Positions 8,901-16,697 of a stretch of DNA of 48,655 nucleotides are shown piece by piece. Position numbers and translations under genes: made by a program. The DNA comes from a virus. Its lineage: Duplodnaviria; Caudoviricetes. The notes beneath the pieces are model-generated. The model made no database searches and was not told where the DNA came from. It was given only the letters and a program-made list of their open reading frames with translations. The stretch lies in IMG/VR virus record IMGVR_UViG_3300009502_000072, positions 1 to 48,655 of that record; one strand, 5' to 3'. Each line of letters starts with the position of its first letter. Position 1 is the first letter of the stretch.

Positions 8901-11411
8901 AAGGCACAGACGATCAACTTCGTTCGCAACGCATTGCTGACCGGTCAGCCCATCGTCAACAATGATGGCACCCTCGGGGTTCATATCACCGACAAGAACC
9001 TGTCGACCGCAGTCAAGAAGGCAGATAGTTTAAACGCAGAGGCACAGCGCCTTGGCTACACCGATGGTCGCCACATGGTGGCAGAGGTTGCTCGAGCATT
9101 GCGCGGCGAGGACATCCTTCAGGAGGACGTAGCCCGTCGTGCGAAGGCGCAGCAGGATCTGGCGGATGCTCGCAACATGTTCACCCAAGTGCGTGGCATG
9201 CCGATGAACCAGACCCGTGCCAACATCTTCAACCAGATCAAGGAAATGCGCCGCAAGGCACAGCAGGAACTGAAGCTTAACCGCGAGAAGATGGTCAAGC
9301 CTGCCGACATCGCGCAGGCGCATTCGACCTTGCAGGCTGTGCCGCAGATTCAGGAGGTTCTGGACATATGGAAGGATGTGAATGATTCCCTGATCGATCT
9401 ATGGCATACCGTTGGTCTGCTTGATGTTACCCGTGCCGATGAACTGAAGTCGCACAAAAACTACGTCCCGCTGTTTAAATCAGCCGATGACCTTGAGGAG
9501 ACCGATTACTTCCAAGGGTCGGGAACTGGTTTGAAGTCAACCGCGAACCTCCAGAAGCTGAAGGGTGGGACGCACAAGACCAACATCTGGGAAAACGTGG
9601 ACAAGCATTTCGCTCGCATGATCGCGAATGCCTACGAGAACCAGTCGCGCCGCATTGCCATCCAGCAACTGGGTGCCTTGAACCTTGCCACGATCACCAA
9701 TGACCCGAACGACAAGCGGATCAACCTGAAGTTCAAGATCGACGGCAAGGATGTAAATGCCATTGCCCATAACCCGAACGATGTGGCTGGGTTCCAGATG
9801 ATGCAGTATGAGTTGAATCCGGTCATGAAGATGTTCTCGGGCGCAACCAAGCTGCTGCGGATCGGCGCACTGGTCAACCCGATGTTCTGGATCAAGCAGT
9901 TGATTCGCGACCCCATACACGCATCGTTGGTCGCAGGAACGGGCATCGTGACGCCGTTCCAGTCTGCGGCGCATTTCTTCTCTATCTTGGCGAACAAGTC
10001 CGAGGGCGCGAAAGTGCTTGCCCGTCATGGTGTGATTGGTCAGTACGACAGCACCGTGTCGATCCATGAGTACCTCGACAACGTCGGCAAGGCGCATGCC
10101 CCCACGGGCAACATGAGCAAGCTGATGAGCAAGGTCATGGAAATCCATGAAGCATCGGATGCCGCCACCCGTGTTGCGATCTATGAGCAGGTCAAGAAGA
10201 AGGCGCTGGCTGAAGGCAAGAGCGAAGAGGACGCGACCAACTTCGCCGTGTTTAAAGCACGGGAGTCGATCAACTTCGCCGTGCATGGCAACTCCCCGAT
10301 CCTGCGCAACCTGCGCATGATGGTTCCATTCCTGTCGGCGCAGATCACTTCGCTCGACACGGTGTATCGCGCCCTGACCGGCAAGAACCTCAGTCCGGAC
10401 GAAAAGGCTGAAGCCAAGGCGATGTTCATCTCCCGCGCCCTGATGCTGACAGCACTGAGCGTTGCCTACGCCGCGATGTATCAGGATGACGACGAGTACA
10501 AAAAGCTTCCCGACTACGTCAGGGACAACAACTGGCTGATCCCCACCACCGATGAAACCGGTCGCAAGACCTTCATCAAAATCCCGACCCCGTTCGAAGT
10601 CGGGTTCCTGTTCAAAACGCTGCCAGAAGCGTCGATCAGGTATTTGAGCCAGAACAGTACGGGCAAGGAAGTTATCGCCTCCTACCTCGGCGGTTTAATC
10701 CACAACCTGCCTGCCAACGGTATCCCTGTCCCGCAGGTCATCAAGCCTGCGCTTGAGACGATCACCAACTTCTCGTTCTTCAACATGGCTCCGATTGAGT
10801 CGCTTGGGGATCAGGGGCTGGCGACCAACATGCGCGGCAGGAACGCGACCGAGTTCTCCCGCATGCTCAGTACGATGGGGCTGGACAAGCTGGGCTTGTC
10901 ACCGGTCAACATCGACTACATCGCGCAGGGCTACCTCGGTGAACTGGGCATCTTCTCGCTGGTGGCGGCAAGCCAGATGGCGGACGCTACGACTGGCAAG
11001 CAGTCGCCCACTTTAAACAGCGAGCAGATGACGTTCCTCAAGTCGTTCATGACCGACCCTGCGGTGCAGAAAGGGGTCTCGGACTTCTACAACGTCGACC
11101 ATGCGGCGCGACAGATCGTGACCAGCTTCAACAACCTGAAGAAGACTGGCAGGCTGGACGAGGCGCAGAAGATGCTGGATGAACCGGAGACCAAGCAGGC
11201 GATCTTCGGGGAGAAGGCTCTACGCAAGTTCTCCGAGAACATGACTAAGCTGCGCAACCAGATTGAGTTCGTCAAGAACAGCAAGGACTTGACCCCAGAT
11301 CAGAAGCGCGATCAGGTCAATTTGTTAAACGACAAGTTCGACCAGATGGCACAACAAGGGTATCAATTCGCCAAGTCCGTTGGGCTTGAGAAATCATTCA
11401 GCATGAGGTAA
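2973..11411 (+). CDS. Large polyvalent virion-ejected protein (zincin peptidase, Gp88-like, ParB-like, ART-like and LPD38-like regions)
   Basis: HEAIH...EEAIADAF (~5550-5750); CINSARCEGLC...IRLNVTSD...FYDYTK...HLTYS...GDLYDAR (~6700-7500); EGRHRMMAL...KVPV (~7930-7990); LYHGT...GRGIYMS...PVYASIKNP...GYDGIV...QIKS (~8180-8670); KIPTPFEVG (~10580). Confidence 0.85.
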   Translation: MQTVNISGFGPMNFPDEMSKEEIQAAIDNDIYPKLQQAKEKPDTGFTGAMKSSFAKMKGEAALTAGKVGLINPDTAENFHQEQEAEAKRVFKPTEEGWLQAPWQNFKETLGGSLPYMAAPLVAGGIGTAAAGAAPAVLGGTLLGAGLGTLGAFGAGAAQFTGSNLARQMDEGKSYQDADVANAALAALPQSALDTLSLHMIPGISRIFGQAGKKITQAEAKRIAEQGLLATTGSWALKTGKTMGIEGGTEAAQQVFERLQAHLSLTDEKAKQEYFDNFIGGAVLGGVLGGFGHMVSRPEVMPNKPEVEGGQLQEGFLNPPEGGIPPAPPAGTPPAGQFLNSEEARFAEQQRRLNKLGEGAPVAPEAALPSNVNPVTPSQVPPRIPTAPLQADQMARRIDEHAKLLQQAQNEPVAAQRQALEAKAAQLIGEQQSGVPAAQLLSMQPLSLTEARQVVGMAQNGFQHPMLGSQEVNPSELHIVPHPSTPNAFAIEQRGVPEAYRTREQAPQPMTAAQATQRIEEAKPAERDVARQQDEQGRQAMITRAMQNIEARNGVASPQEAETLRAAGLGQPYNRIDPNLAPKGTVDQQLTDATGIQLQNRPRESGSVGAAQTSAQQAADQQQQQQMNAAQESRGWEERAAARQAEQASPIPESTAPAAPDPRAVIDAYNTPPALRSAAQVALLNIAKNRINPSDLSALQMVGEEGASLPHTMERIQRQLGSPEAPAAKVESTPEQQTVMSALETTGSMRTAEQTSLVNKARELLGEDEVKKLEKTARQRKARRTKYSLAEESTVPEENRAKTEEAGKKLVAALKRFGLERVGLRIVKSILDGAAEASFANRIINIAMNVNDPMGVMRHEAIHALKEMGAFTDAEWKMLTDQARNKWIKEYISPKRMEEYQQVYAEENGNLDGFDEYIAEEAIADAFRDHGNIAGAPRTLMNRIASLLKAIRNAFNGQGFKTAEDIFRGIERGEFKPDSWKATPEDRVQAREYERVNGIAPYLSEGQLAVPATGVRYAIKGSYTDKQIQKKNAKLKTEGEYGNHPVFGIPMNANGTVTLYVPTNGEMARRIANEKKLFGDTPESNRIYLTNESDGQAVMKNPGVIAHRMDGANVLVQVDPSWLELEAEHADGRKDFSIVIAEGNAFAKKMAQTKMFTLFADRNKGISKTATFNSIGNGITKGVDAYRAMSTKEQAARLKQAKDLLRAEHNVGILLTENGKLQKSRLGEFNLKQDGNSIASMGLGLASAQKINDKLSTCINSARCEGLCLGETSGQNLLYGGEGSFRAGPRLSQYLKTEAMVMHPEEFGIALYAEIESLRKWAAKETGTESVKVEESDKKVKVPKQVYEPAIRLNVTSDFPPPVFESIIHAFSSPEKRVNFYDYTKLNTKSIGDNHHLTYSSTGALQRVGNKVVGLARSKSGEVTTPNWDDMQKKLDRGFNVAMAFSDKKHMPKFVVDEKSGKKYQVWNGDLYDARYLDPKREDGVGMIVGLTNKDRTGNPAESPVRHNGFFVAYNPKTDGDTVTIEDQEKLAKEAEKTLPPVEHKVGMPGKAKYSLAQQKKIMGEASWSKDRINKLINEYAYTNDEADTKAYATFMSPQQLLNISTNKKYQKDVLEKENKPLDTDKLTSYGYPMWIDVNPDSFGGGRITATGHEGRHRMMALRDVGVDKVPVVIKYGRRQRDAKPIKQMLIDRQNTGHEGSYVENMIPISYKYAKELNEVFGNPDAQVRFSLAHHNTPAFKNYFDGSKIVNEDGSPFVLYHGTGSDIHHFIPSEDGMMGRGIYMSGDSDYASHYANHKENGNVVPVYASIKNPYYIERDPKAKNKYMASPFVSGFVDKDNIFGGRRVMDLSGNQIRNAFKKAGYDGIVLRDATHPFIEVVAFDAPQIKSAISNTGKYGKDKKIRYSLTQSTPQVSAGKAMVNAVSDMYDSIRDGNARTSWRNGWVDSNSSLAKALSPNPLFNHADGTLRADMINHAKAQTINFVRNALLTGQPIVNNDGTLGVHITDKNLSTAVKKADSLNAEAQRLGYTDGRHMVAEVARALRGEDILQEDVARRAKAQQDLADARNMFTQVRGMPMNQTRANIFNQIKEMRRKAQQELKLNREKMVKPADIAQAHSTLQAVPQIQEVLDIWKDVNDSLIDLWHTVGLLDVTRADELKSHKNYVPLFKSADDLEETDYFQGSGTGLKSTANLQKLKGGTHKTNIWENVDKHFARMIANAYENQSRRIAIQQLGALNLATITNDPNDKRINLKFKIDGKDVNAIAHNPNDVAGFQMMQYELNPVMKMFSGATKLLRIGALVNPMFWIKQLIRDPIHASLVAGTGIVTPFQSAAHFFSILANKSEGAKVLARHGVIGQYDSTVSIHEYLDNVGKAHAPTGNMSKLMSKVMEIHEASDAATRVAIYEQVKKKALAEGKSEEDATNFAVFKARESINFAVHGNSPILRNLRMMVPFLSAQITSLDTVYRALTGKNLSPDEKAEAKAMFISRALMLTALSVAYAAMYQDDDEYKKLPDYVRDNNWLIPTTDETGRKTFIKIPTPFEVGFLFKTLPEASIRYLSQNSTGKEVIASYLGGLIHNLPANGIPVPQVIKPALETITNFSFFNMAPIESLGDQGLATNMRGRNATEFSRMLSTMGLDKLGLSPVNIDYIAQGYLGELGIFSLVAASQMADATTGKQSPTLNSEQMTFLKSFMTDPAVQKGVSDFYNVDHAARQIVTSFNNLKKTGRLDEAQKMLDEPETKQAIFGEKALRKFSENMTKLRNQIEFVKNSKDLTPDQKRDQVNLLNDKFDQMAQQGYQFAKSVGLEKSFSMR

Positions 11412-11717
11412 TGCATCGTGTCGCATTTGAATTGCAAGTGCCAAGACTTGGTCGTAGAGTTCATGCTCGTTTCCATACCGGCGTTCAAACTCATGTTTCC
11501 ACGGGTGACGGGAAACCGCTACTTCGTTGTTTATCCCGTGCCGGTGGTGAATGGGGCATAGGGGGATCGTGGCAAGGTCGCCCATGCGGCGATGCTGTGG
11601 TGAGTGGATGTGGTGCTTGTCGGCAGGGGAGTGACCCCTGCCTTCGTTTAAACAAACGATGCAGCCGATTTCATCCAGCCACCGGAACCACTGCGCTTTC
11701 GTGAACTGGTCGTTCAT
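11394..11717 (-). CDS. Ref-like (recombination enhancement)/DUF968-type HNH nuclease
   Basis: GCIVC...HHIH...TIPLCPIHHR motif; start taken at MNDQF. Confidence 0.7.
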   Translation of the reverse strand: MNDQFTKAQWFRWLDEIGCIVCLNEGRGHSPADKHHIHSPQHRRMGDLATIPLCPIHHRHGINNEVAVSRHPWKHEFERRYGNEHELYDQVLALAIQMRHDALPHAE

Positions 11718-11877
11718 ACTCAACCCATTCGCAGAGAGGAAGTTCGATTGTATCGAACGGCATGTCACATGCAGGGCATTTCCTGCGCTGTCTGGTGTAC
11801 AGGTAGCCATGCGTTGGCTCGGTGTAATTGCGCGTGTCGATCACCTTGGTGTCGACATAGCAGCTAGGACATTTCAT
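11671..11877 (-). CDS. NrdR N-terminal-like zinc-ribbon protein
   Basis: MKCPSC...TKVIDTR...RRKCPAC...FDTIE resembles the NrdR Zn ribbon; no ATP cone. Confidence 0.7.
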   Translation of the reverse strand: MKCPSCYVDTKVIDTRNYTEPTHGYLYTRQRRKCPACDMPFDTIELPLCEWVEYERPVHESAVVPVAG

Positions 11878-11969
11878 TGCTTCCCCCTAATAATCCAATA
11901 AACGATGTAGCACACAACTACCAGTGCTACCCACGGAAACACCATCCAGAATGTTGACTCAGGAATCAT
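11874..11969 (-). CDS. Small membrane peptide (MIPEST...)
   Basis: Single hydrophobic helix; 4-nt overlap with the downstream gene. Confidence 0.45.
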   Translation of the reverse strand: MIPESTFWMVFPWVALVVVCYIVYWIIRGKQ

Positions 11970-11972
11970 TTC
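11952..11972. repeat. 21-bp direct repeat, copy 1 (TGTTGACTCAGGAATCATTTC)
   Basis: Identical to 12676-12696. Confidence 0.9.
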
Positions 11973-12375
11973 GCTTAGCCGCCAGTCCGTGCAAGTAGCC
12001 CTTCTTGTAGAGGTTACCGATGAACTCACCCGCAACGTCATGCGCCTGCTTGCCAAACATGAACATATACTCTGCGTATGATGCCTCTAGCCGTTGATCC
12101 TGCGTCGGCTCAACTGCCATCGCTGCTTCGACGCGGGTCTTCATTTCATTGATGTCCATGATGTCTATCTCCGTAGTGATTAGTGATGTGTCGTTTAAGT
12201 CTTGATCTGGTTCTGGTGCGGCGTTCGGGTGAGCAACGCTAGTTAGCATCACACCTTCGCCGGTTTCAATCATGCTGCTAAATACCCTCCTATGCTCGGC
12301 TGCGTGGATCTTCTGGTAAATGTCGCTCAACTGCCGTGTGATCTCGTTCCGAAATACGTCCTTCACTGTGATCAC
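11959..12375 (-). CDS. Hypothetical protein
   Basis: ORF packed into the - strand operon. Confidence 0.55.
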   Translation of the reverse strand: MITVKDVFRNEITRQLSDIYQKIHAAEHRRVFSSMIETGEGVMLTSVAHPNAAPEPDQDLNDTSLITTEIDIMDINEMKTRVEAAMAVEPTQDQRLEASYAEYMFMFGKQAHDVAGEFIGNLYKKGYLHGLAAKRNDS

Positions 12376-12545
12376 GATAAATCTCCCCCCAACGGCACGA
12401 CCAGATACCCAACAGGCTCTTCGGCAGGGGGTGCGAATCCCCGTGTGATGTACAGCGTGTGTATCTCTGCGCCGCCCATGCTCGCCGCTAGTTTAAGATC
12501 CTCGGCGTGGGTTGCTTTGATAAACGTGACGACCTCTTTAATTTT
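12372..12545 (-). CDS. Hypothetical protein
   Basis: Start at MKIKEV; 4-nt overlap with the next gene. Confidence 0.45.
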   Translation of the reverse strand, partial: KIKEVVTFIKATHAEDLKLAASMGGAEIHTLYITRGFAPPAEEPVGYLVVPLGGDLS

Positions 12546-12675
12546 CATTTCTTTTCCCTGTTTTTCAACCACACGACTAGTCCTACGATAACCAGCGCGA
12601 CGATAACGACAATGACGCCTATCATCGTCTCAGCAAGAGCCTTGCCGATCCAGAATTGAAATCCAGCAGAGATAG

Positions 12676-12696
12676 TGTTGACTCAGGAATCATTTC
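12676..12696. repeat. 21-bp direct repeat, copy 2
   Basis: Identical to 11952-11972. Confidence 0.9.
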
Positions 12697-12875
12697 ATCT
12701 CCCTCCTGATTAGCATCGCGTCTGCTCGCTTGTAGGCAATATCAGCAATTATGTCAGGGGTAAGGTGATAGCCCTTTATCGCATCCGCAGTGGCAACAGA
12801 CAGCAACGCCTGTCCCGCAAAGTAGTCGCGCAGGGTCATCTCTTCCTCGACCTTAACGATTCGTTCTTTAGTCAT
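12690..12875 (-). CDS. Small conserved phage protein (LRDYFAGQAL...AYKRADAML family)
   Basis: Recognisable phage motif; similar to 20115-20369. Confidence 0.7.
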   Translation of the reverse strand: MTKERIVKVEEEMTLRDYFAGQALLSVATADAIKGYHLTPDIIADIAYKRADAMLIRREMK

Positions 12876-13078
12876 TTTTTGCTCCAGTTGTCGCCCATCG
12901 GCTTAGTGTTGGCAAGTGCTCCCTGAAACGTAATCGTCGGGCGCAGATGCTCGACCGGCTGTATCATGTCTTTGCATTCACCGTTCTCAATCACGGCATT
13001 CCTGACCAGCGCCACGGGGTCACCGTTCTGCGCAGGGATCGTACCGGCGAGGTCTTTCCAATAGGTGACGGGTTTCAT
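12872..13078 (-). CDS. Hypothetical protein
   Basis: 4-nt overlaps on both sides. Confidence 0.55.
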   Translation of the reverse strand: MKPVTYWKDLAGTIPAQNGDPVALVRNAVIENGECKDMIQPVEHLRPTITFQGALANTKPMGDNWSKK

Positions 13079-13602
13079 GCTTTCCTCGCAGCGTCGATGA
13101 TTGCTCGGGCTACATCTATCCTGAACTGGTCGTAAGGCACGGTGTAGTCAACGCTGCGCCACGCCTTGTCGATTTCCTCGTCGCCCAACTCGCGCAGCGG
13201 TTGTGGGCGGGTGAAGACGTGTTCAGCAGTCCATCCTCCGGCTATGTACTCATCGGTCAGCGGAAGTTTCGCCAGAAAAGTAGTCTTCCCGAATTTGTAA
13301 ATCCATCCTACCGGCTCATCCTCCGCTTCCATCGGCAAACTACCGGGGCGGTACGACATCTCGGGCGTCCTCACGCTCTGCGCTGCCCTCACCTTGCCTG
13401 TATCGGTGTGCGCCTTGTCGTGCAGTAGTCCTGCTGCATCTGGCTCACCCTGCGGCTCTGCAAGCGCGGTGCGGAGTGTGGCAAACAGCGGCTCTATCGG
13501 TTCCCGCAGTACGCTCAACGGCGGGAGTGTCCTGTCTTCGTGTTCCCATCTATACCAGCGTTCAATCAAGGCTTGCGCTGCTTTCCTGAGTGTGTCGGTC
13601 AT
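13075..13602 (-). CDS. Hypothetical phage protein (LRKAAQ...ALA.P / EPVGW type)
   Basis: Motifs shared with 16305-16697 and 16690-17592; coupled overlaps. Confidence 0.65.
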   Translation of the reverse strand: MTDTLRKAAQALIERWYRWEHEDRTLPPLSVLREPIEPLFATLRTALAEPQGEPDAAGLLHDKAHTDTGKVRAAQSVRTPEMSYRPGSLPMEAEDEPVGWIYKFGKTTFLAKLPLTDEYIAGGWTAEHVFTRPQPLRELGDEEIDKAWRSVDYTVPYDQFRIDVARAIIDAARKA

Positions 13603-13808
13603 GGCTTCGCTCCGTTTCCGATCCAGTAATCAAGCCGCTCATGCAGCCATTTTTTGTTCAATTCGCCGATGGTTTCACCGCTAATAACAACCCTAGGATC
13701 GTTCATCATCTCACCCCACTTATCGTCTTTGCTGATGGTGAAAGTTTCTTCGCGCCGCACCACGGTGCAGCCTACGCCTATGTAGCTAATCCTTGCTTCG
13801 GTTGTCAT
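13599..13808 (-). CDS. Hypothetical protein
   Basis: Coupled overlaps. Confidence 0.55.
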   Translation of the reverse strand: MTTEARISYIGVGCTVVRREETFTISKDDKWGEMMNDPRVVISGETIGELNKKWLHERLDYWIGNGAKP

Positions 13809-14035
13809 TTCGCACTCCTTTGGCGTATGCCCCTGCGTATCTGTGCGGTGGCACGGTTGTTGCGCTTGACCTGCATGAAGATAGCCTTGCCCGGAGGACG
13901 ATCAACTAGCTTGAAGCGCAGAATATGAACAAGTCCACAATCGCAGCAAGCCATGTTGAACCCTGTCTTTTTCGGGTATACCCAGCGTGACCAGCCGTTC
14001 TTCTGTGCGTCCTCTATCTCGTATTGCTTGGTCAT
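13805..14035 (-). CDS. Small Cys/His protein (CCDCGLVH)
   Basis: Putative metal-binding motif; coupled overlaps. Confidence 0.65.
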   Translation of the reverse strand: MTKQYEIEDAQKNGWSRWVYPKKTGFNMACCDCGLVHILRFKLVDRPPGKAIFMQVKRNNRATAQIRRGIRQRSAK

Positions 14036-14316
14036 TTCTGCTCCTGTGCGGTGAGTGCTGCTTCAATCTCAGGCATTGCCCGTTCTGCTTCTTTGTACGA
14101 CTGCCCATCGTCTTGATACAGCATGTCACGCAAACGATTACGGGCAACGGTGAGCGCGGAGACAAGGGTATCGTGGCTGTTGACCACACGGACGAGAGCC
14201 GTAGCTTTCTCGGTGTCCATCTTGTCGATGATGGGTAAGCCGTTGTTGTTCATAACTGATGCGTGGTTGCGGCTCAACGGAAAGACATACCACGGCAAAT
14301 TCATTTCATCGCTCAT
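14032..14316 (-). CDS. Hypothetical protein (VNSHDxLV family), paralog A
   Basis: Similar to the adjacent 14313-14594. Confidence 0.65.
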   Translation of the reverse strand: MSDEMNLPWYVFPLSRNHASVMNNNGLPIIDKMDTEKATALVRVVNSHDTLVSALTVARNRLRDMLYQDDGQSYKEAERAMPEIEAALTAQEQK

Positions 14317-14594
14317 TTCCCATCTCCTTGTATGGATTTCCTTGTAGCGGCGGCAAGCACCTTCCTTGCGTTTACACGCGCAGGGTCATCGTGCATCATT
14401 GCTATCCCCGATACCATTTCAAGTTGATGTAAAGCCTCGACCAACCCGTCATGCGAGTTCACGCAACGGACGATGTGGGCGGCGTGTTCAGGTTCAATCC
14501 AGCCCGTAATCTCTTGCCCCTTCGCATCGTCAATGGCGTACTGCCCAGACTCCATTGCACCAATCTTCAAAGGCAAATTCAAATCATTGCTCAT
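14313..14594 (-). CDS. Hypothetical protein (VNSHDxLV family), paralog B
   Basis: Start MSNDL after GAGGAG. Confidence 0.65.
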   Translation of the reverse strand: MSNDLNLPLKIGAMESGQYAIDDAKGQEITGWIEPEHAAHIVRCVNSHDGLVEALHQLEMVSGIAMMHDDPARVNARKVLAAATRKSIQGDGK

Positions 14595-14916
14595 CTTTAT
14601 CTCCTCGGGCGCGGATTGCTGTGGCTGCAAAGTCACACGCCATAGCGGCGATCTCCGCTGTCCAGTCGTCAATATCTTTAATCACCCGTGGCTGGCTTGC
14701 CCGTTCGATATAAGACTTCCCTTTTTCCTCACACACCTTCGCGCAACTTTCCCGTTCGTCCTTCGCTGCTCTTGCAGATACTAAGGCGGCGAAACGTTCC
14801 AGAAACTTCGGTGTCTTGGCTGCGTACAGCACGACTTCGCGTCCTGCATGATCCGCGCTACCGTCTGACTGCGCTGCCTCTTTCGCCATTTTGATGATTT
14901 CGTCTGTGGGGATCAT
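14584..14916 (-). CDS. Hypothetical phage protein (ERESCAKVCE...AIRARG family)
   Basis: Recognisable motif; related to 16090-16308. Confidence 0.65.
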   Translation of the reverse strand: MIPTDEIIKMAKEAAQSDGSADHAGREVVLYAAKTPKFLERFAALVSARAAKDERESCAKVCEEKGKSYIERASQPRVIKDIDDWTAEIAAMACDFAATAIRARGDKDEQ

Positions 14917-15071
14917 GGCTTTACTCCAATCGGGAAATACTGTTGGCAATGTTTGCAAGTGACGTTGCTCTTGTCGCGGGTCATGCGTGGGCAATACCAC
15001 AATCCACATCGGGTTCTCGGCATCCATGCGCCCATCTGGTACGCCTGTAAATGGATTCGGCTGTTGCTCAT
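14913..15071 (-). CDS. Small putative zinc-binding protein
   Basis: H...TRCG...VTCKHC; coupled overlaps; SD GGAGG. Confidence 0.5.
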   Translation of the reverse strand: MSNSRIHLQAYQMGAWMPRTRCGLWYCPRMTRDKSNVTCKHCQQYFPIGVKP

Positions 15072-15535
15072 ACATCCTCCCCCGGCAGATCGCCCACCAC
15101 TTCCAGAAACCGTTTTGACTGAGCATCCCACGCAGCAGCCCCCGCAGCATCCCACGCAGCATCCCACGCAGCAGCCCACGCAGCAGCCCTCGCAGCATCC
15201 CACGCAGCAGCCCTCGCAGCATCTAGTTCCGCTTGTGTCGCCTCGCCGTTTGCAAACCGCTCTGCTACGTCAAGCGCGGCAATGATTCTTGGGTCAATAA
15301 TCAAGGGCTGCACCTGTCTCGCGCACCACACGGCGTACATTCGCCATTCTTTTGCATACTGAGGCTCTGCACGACAGCACCACAGCGCATCGTCCAGCCC
15401 GTTGCTCTTGAGAATCACGGCGTAGGGTAGCGGCTCATCGTCGGCCTTCGTCTTGCCGAGATACTCGAGCAGTTTCGCCCATCCGTCTGTACATGGCTGG
15501 TGCTCACGGATTCGGTTTAGCGTAGTTGTAATCAT
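15068..15535 (-). CDS. Phage protein with AAWD/AAWA tandem repeats
   Basis: Conserved N-terminus (TTLNRIR..PC.DGW.KLL..LGKTKADDEPL) followed by Ala-rich repeats. Confidence 0.8.
   Translation of the reverse strand: MITTTLNRIREHQPCTDGWAKLLEYLGKTKADDEPLPYAVILKSNGLDDALWCCRAEPQYAKEWRMYAVWCARQVQPLIIDPRIIAALDVAERFANGEATQAELDAARAAAWDAARAAAWAAAWDAAWDAAGAAAWDAQSKRFLEVVGDLPGEDV
15121..15223. repeat. 12-bp tandem repeat (GCAGCATCCCAC variants), about 8 units, coding
   Basis: Directly visible in the sequence. Confidence 0.9.
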
Positions 15536-15723
15536 GATTTCTCCATTGGTTGTTCACTCATCACCTTCACGATCTGCGCATCCACTTGCTCGACGGTGCA
15601 GCCTGAGATGTGAGCGCAGAGGCGAAGAACGAAGGCGTATTTGTCCTCTGTGTTAATCGGGCGCATCGTGACGCGAGTGTCCGTTTCTGTGACCGTATAT
15701 CCACGCCATATTTTCTTGGTCAT
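15532..15723 (-). CDS. Hypothetical protein
   Basis: Coupled overlaps. Confidence 0.5.
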   Translation of the reverse strand: MTKKIWRGYTVTETDTRVTMRPINTEDKYAFVLRLCAHISGCTVEQVDAQIVKVMSEQPMEKS

Positions 15724-15926
15724 GACTTGTCTCCAAAGGCAACACCTAGCCCTTCGAGCCGCTTCTGCTCATCTGGCGGCACGATATACCACGCGCATGA
15801 CTGCCCGTCCCTGCCGACCGCATGGCGACCGTTTTGAAAATTACCGTCCTCGTCAAACCACGCAGTCATGCGTACCTTAAACTCGCTACCGTCGATTTCA
15901 ATTCCATGCTCTGGCGTGAATTTCAT
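15720..15926 (-). CDS. Hypothetical protein
   Basis: Coupled overlap; SD GGAG. Confidence 0.5.
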   Translation of the reverse strand: MKFTPEHGIEIDGSEFKVRMTAWFDEDGNFQNGRHAVGRDGQSCAWYIVPPDEQKRLEGLGVAFGDKS

Positions 15927-16089
15927 GATTTCTCCAGCGGCATCTTCGCCATAGTTTTAACAATTACTGCGTCAAGTGTCTCTGCCGGTGAGTCACCTAG
16001 GTAAACAAAGAGACGCAGGAGCCATTGGTATTTGGCGGCGTCTTGGGCTTGGGTAAGCAGGTGGTTTGATGCAGCGTCCCAATATTTAT

Positions 16090-16308
16090 TCATGGCTTTC
16101 TCCCCCGAATCAGGTCGGCACAGGCACTTGCCTCGGGGTTATTCCTTGCTTCGCACAACAGCGCACAGGCTTCACGCTCAGCGCGTACTGCATCTGCAAG
16201 GATTTGTTTTGCCCCGCCAAGAACCGCGCACTCATGCCGGATGAGAATTTCCTTGATGAGGTCAAGCGCATTTTCCGAAAGGGAGGCTGCAAGTTCACGG
16301 TTGGTCAT
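16090..16308 (-). CDS. Hypothetical phage protein (EREACA family)
   Basis: Motif and coupling. Confidence 0.6.
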   Translation of the reverse strand: MTNRELAASLSENALDLIKEILIRHECAVLGGAKQILADAVRAEREACALLCEARNNPEASACADLIRGRKP

Positions 16309-16697
16309 GGCGTTTCCTTTTTCATGTCACGGTCGATTGAGGCATCAAGTTCCTCGCCCCACAGTTGGTCTGTTGTAATCTGCGTATTCGATTGTGGTGC
16401 TTGGCGTAGCCACCGATACCTTTCAGCATCTTTCTGCCACTCCTCTTGCTCCATCATCCTGACGCCTTGACTCGTCACTAAGGCTTGCAGTTGCTGATAG
16501 TCAACCTTCATCATCGCAATCGTCATCGCCTGATCTGCTGCAATGCCTTCCCAATCAATCGCATCGTCAGGCGCGGCTACGGGCTTGGCTAGGGCTGCGC
16601 GGAGGGTGGTCATCGCAATTATCAGTTGCGTATCTGGTGCGACGTCGTCGAAATAAGCATCGTCAACATCCTGCGCTGCTTTCCTCAGTTCATCCAT
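16305..16697 (-). CDS. Hypothetical phage protein (DAERYRWLR motif)
   Basis: Common phage motif; SD AAGGAG. Confidence 0.7.
   Translation of the reverse strand: MDELRKAAQDVDDAYFDDVAPDTQLIIAMTTLRAALAKPVAAPDDAIDWEGIAADQAMTIAMMKVDYQQLQALVTSQGVRMMEQEEWQKDAERYRWLRQAPQSNTQITTDQLWGEELDASIDRDMKKETP

Noticed and set aside
15121-15223. 12-bp repeats as a CRISPR array or DGR variable region
   Set aside because: No spacers, no template/variable repeat pair and no reverse transcriptase; they encode a common AAWD repeat
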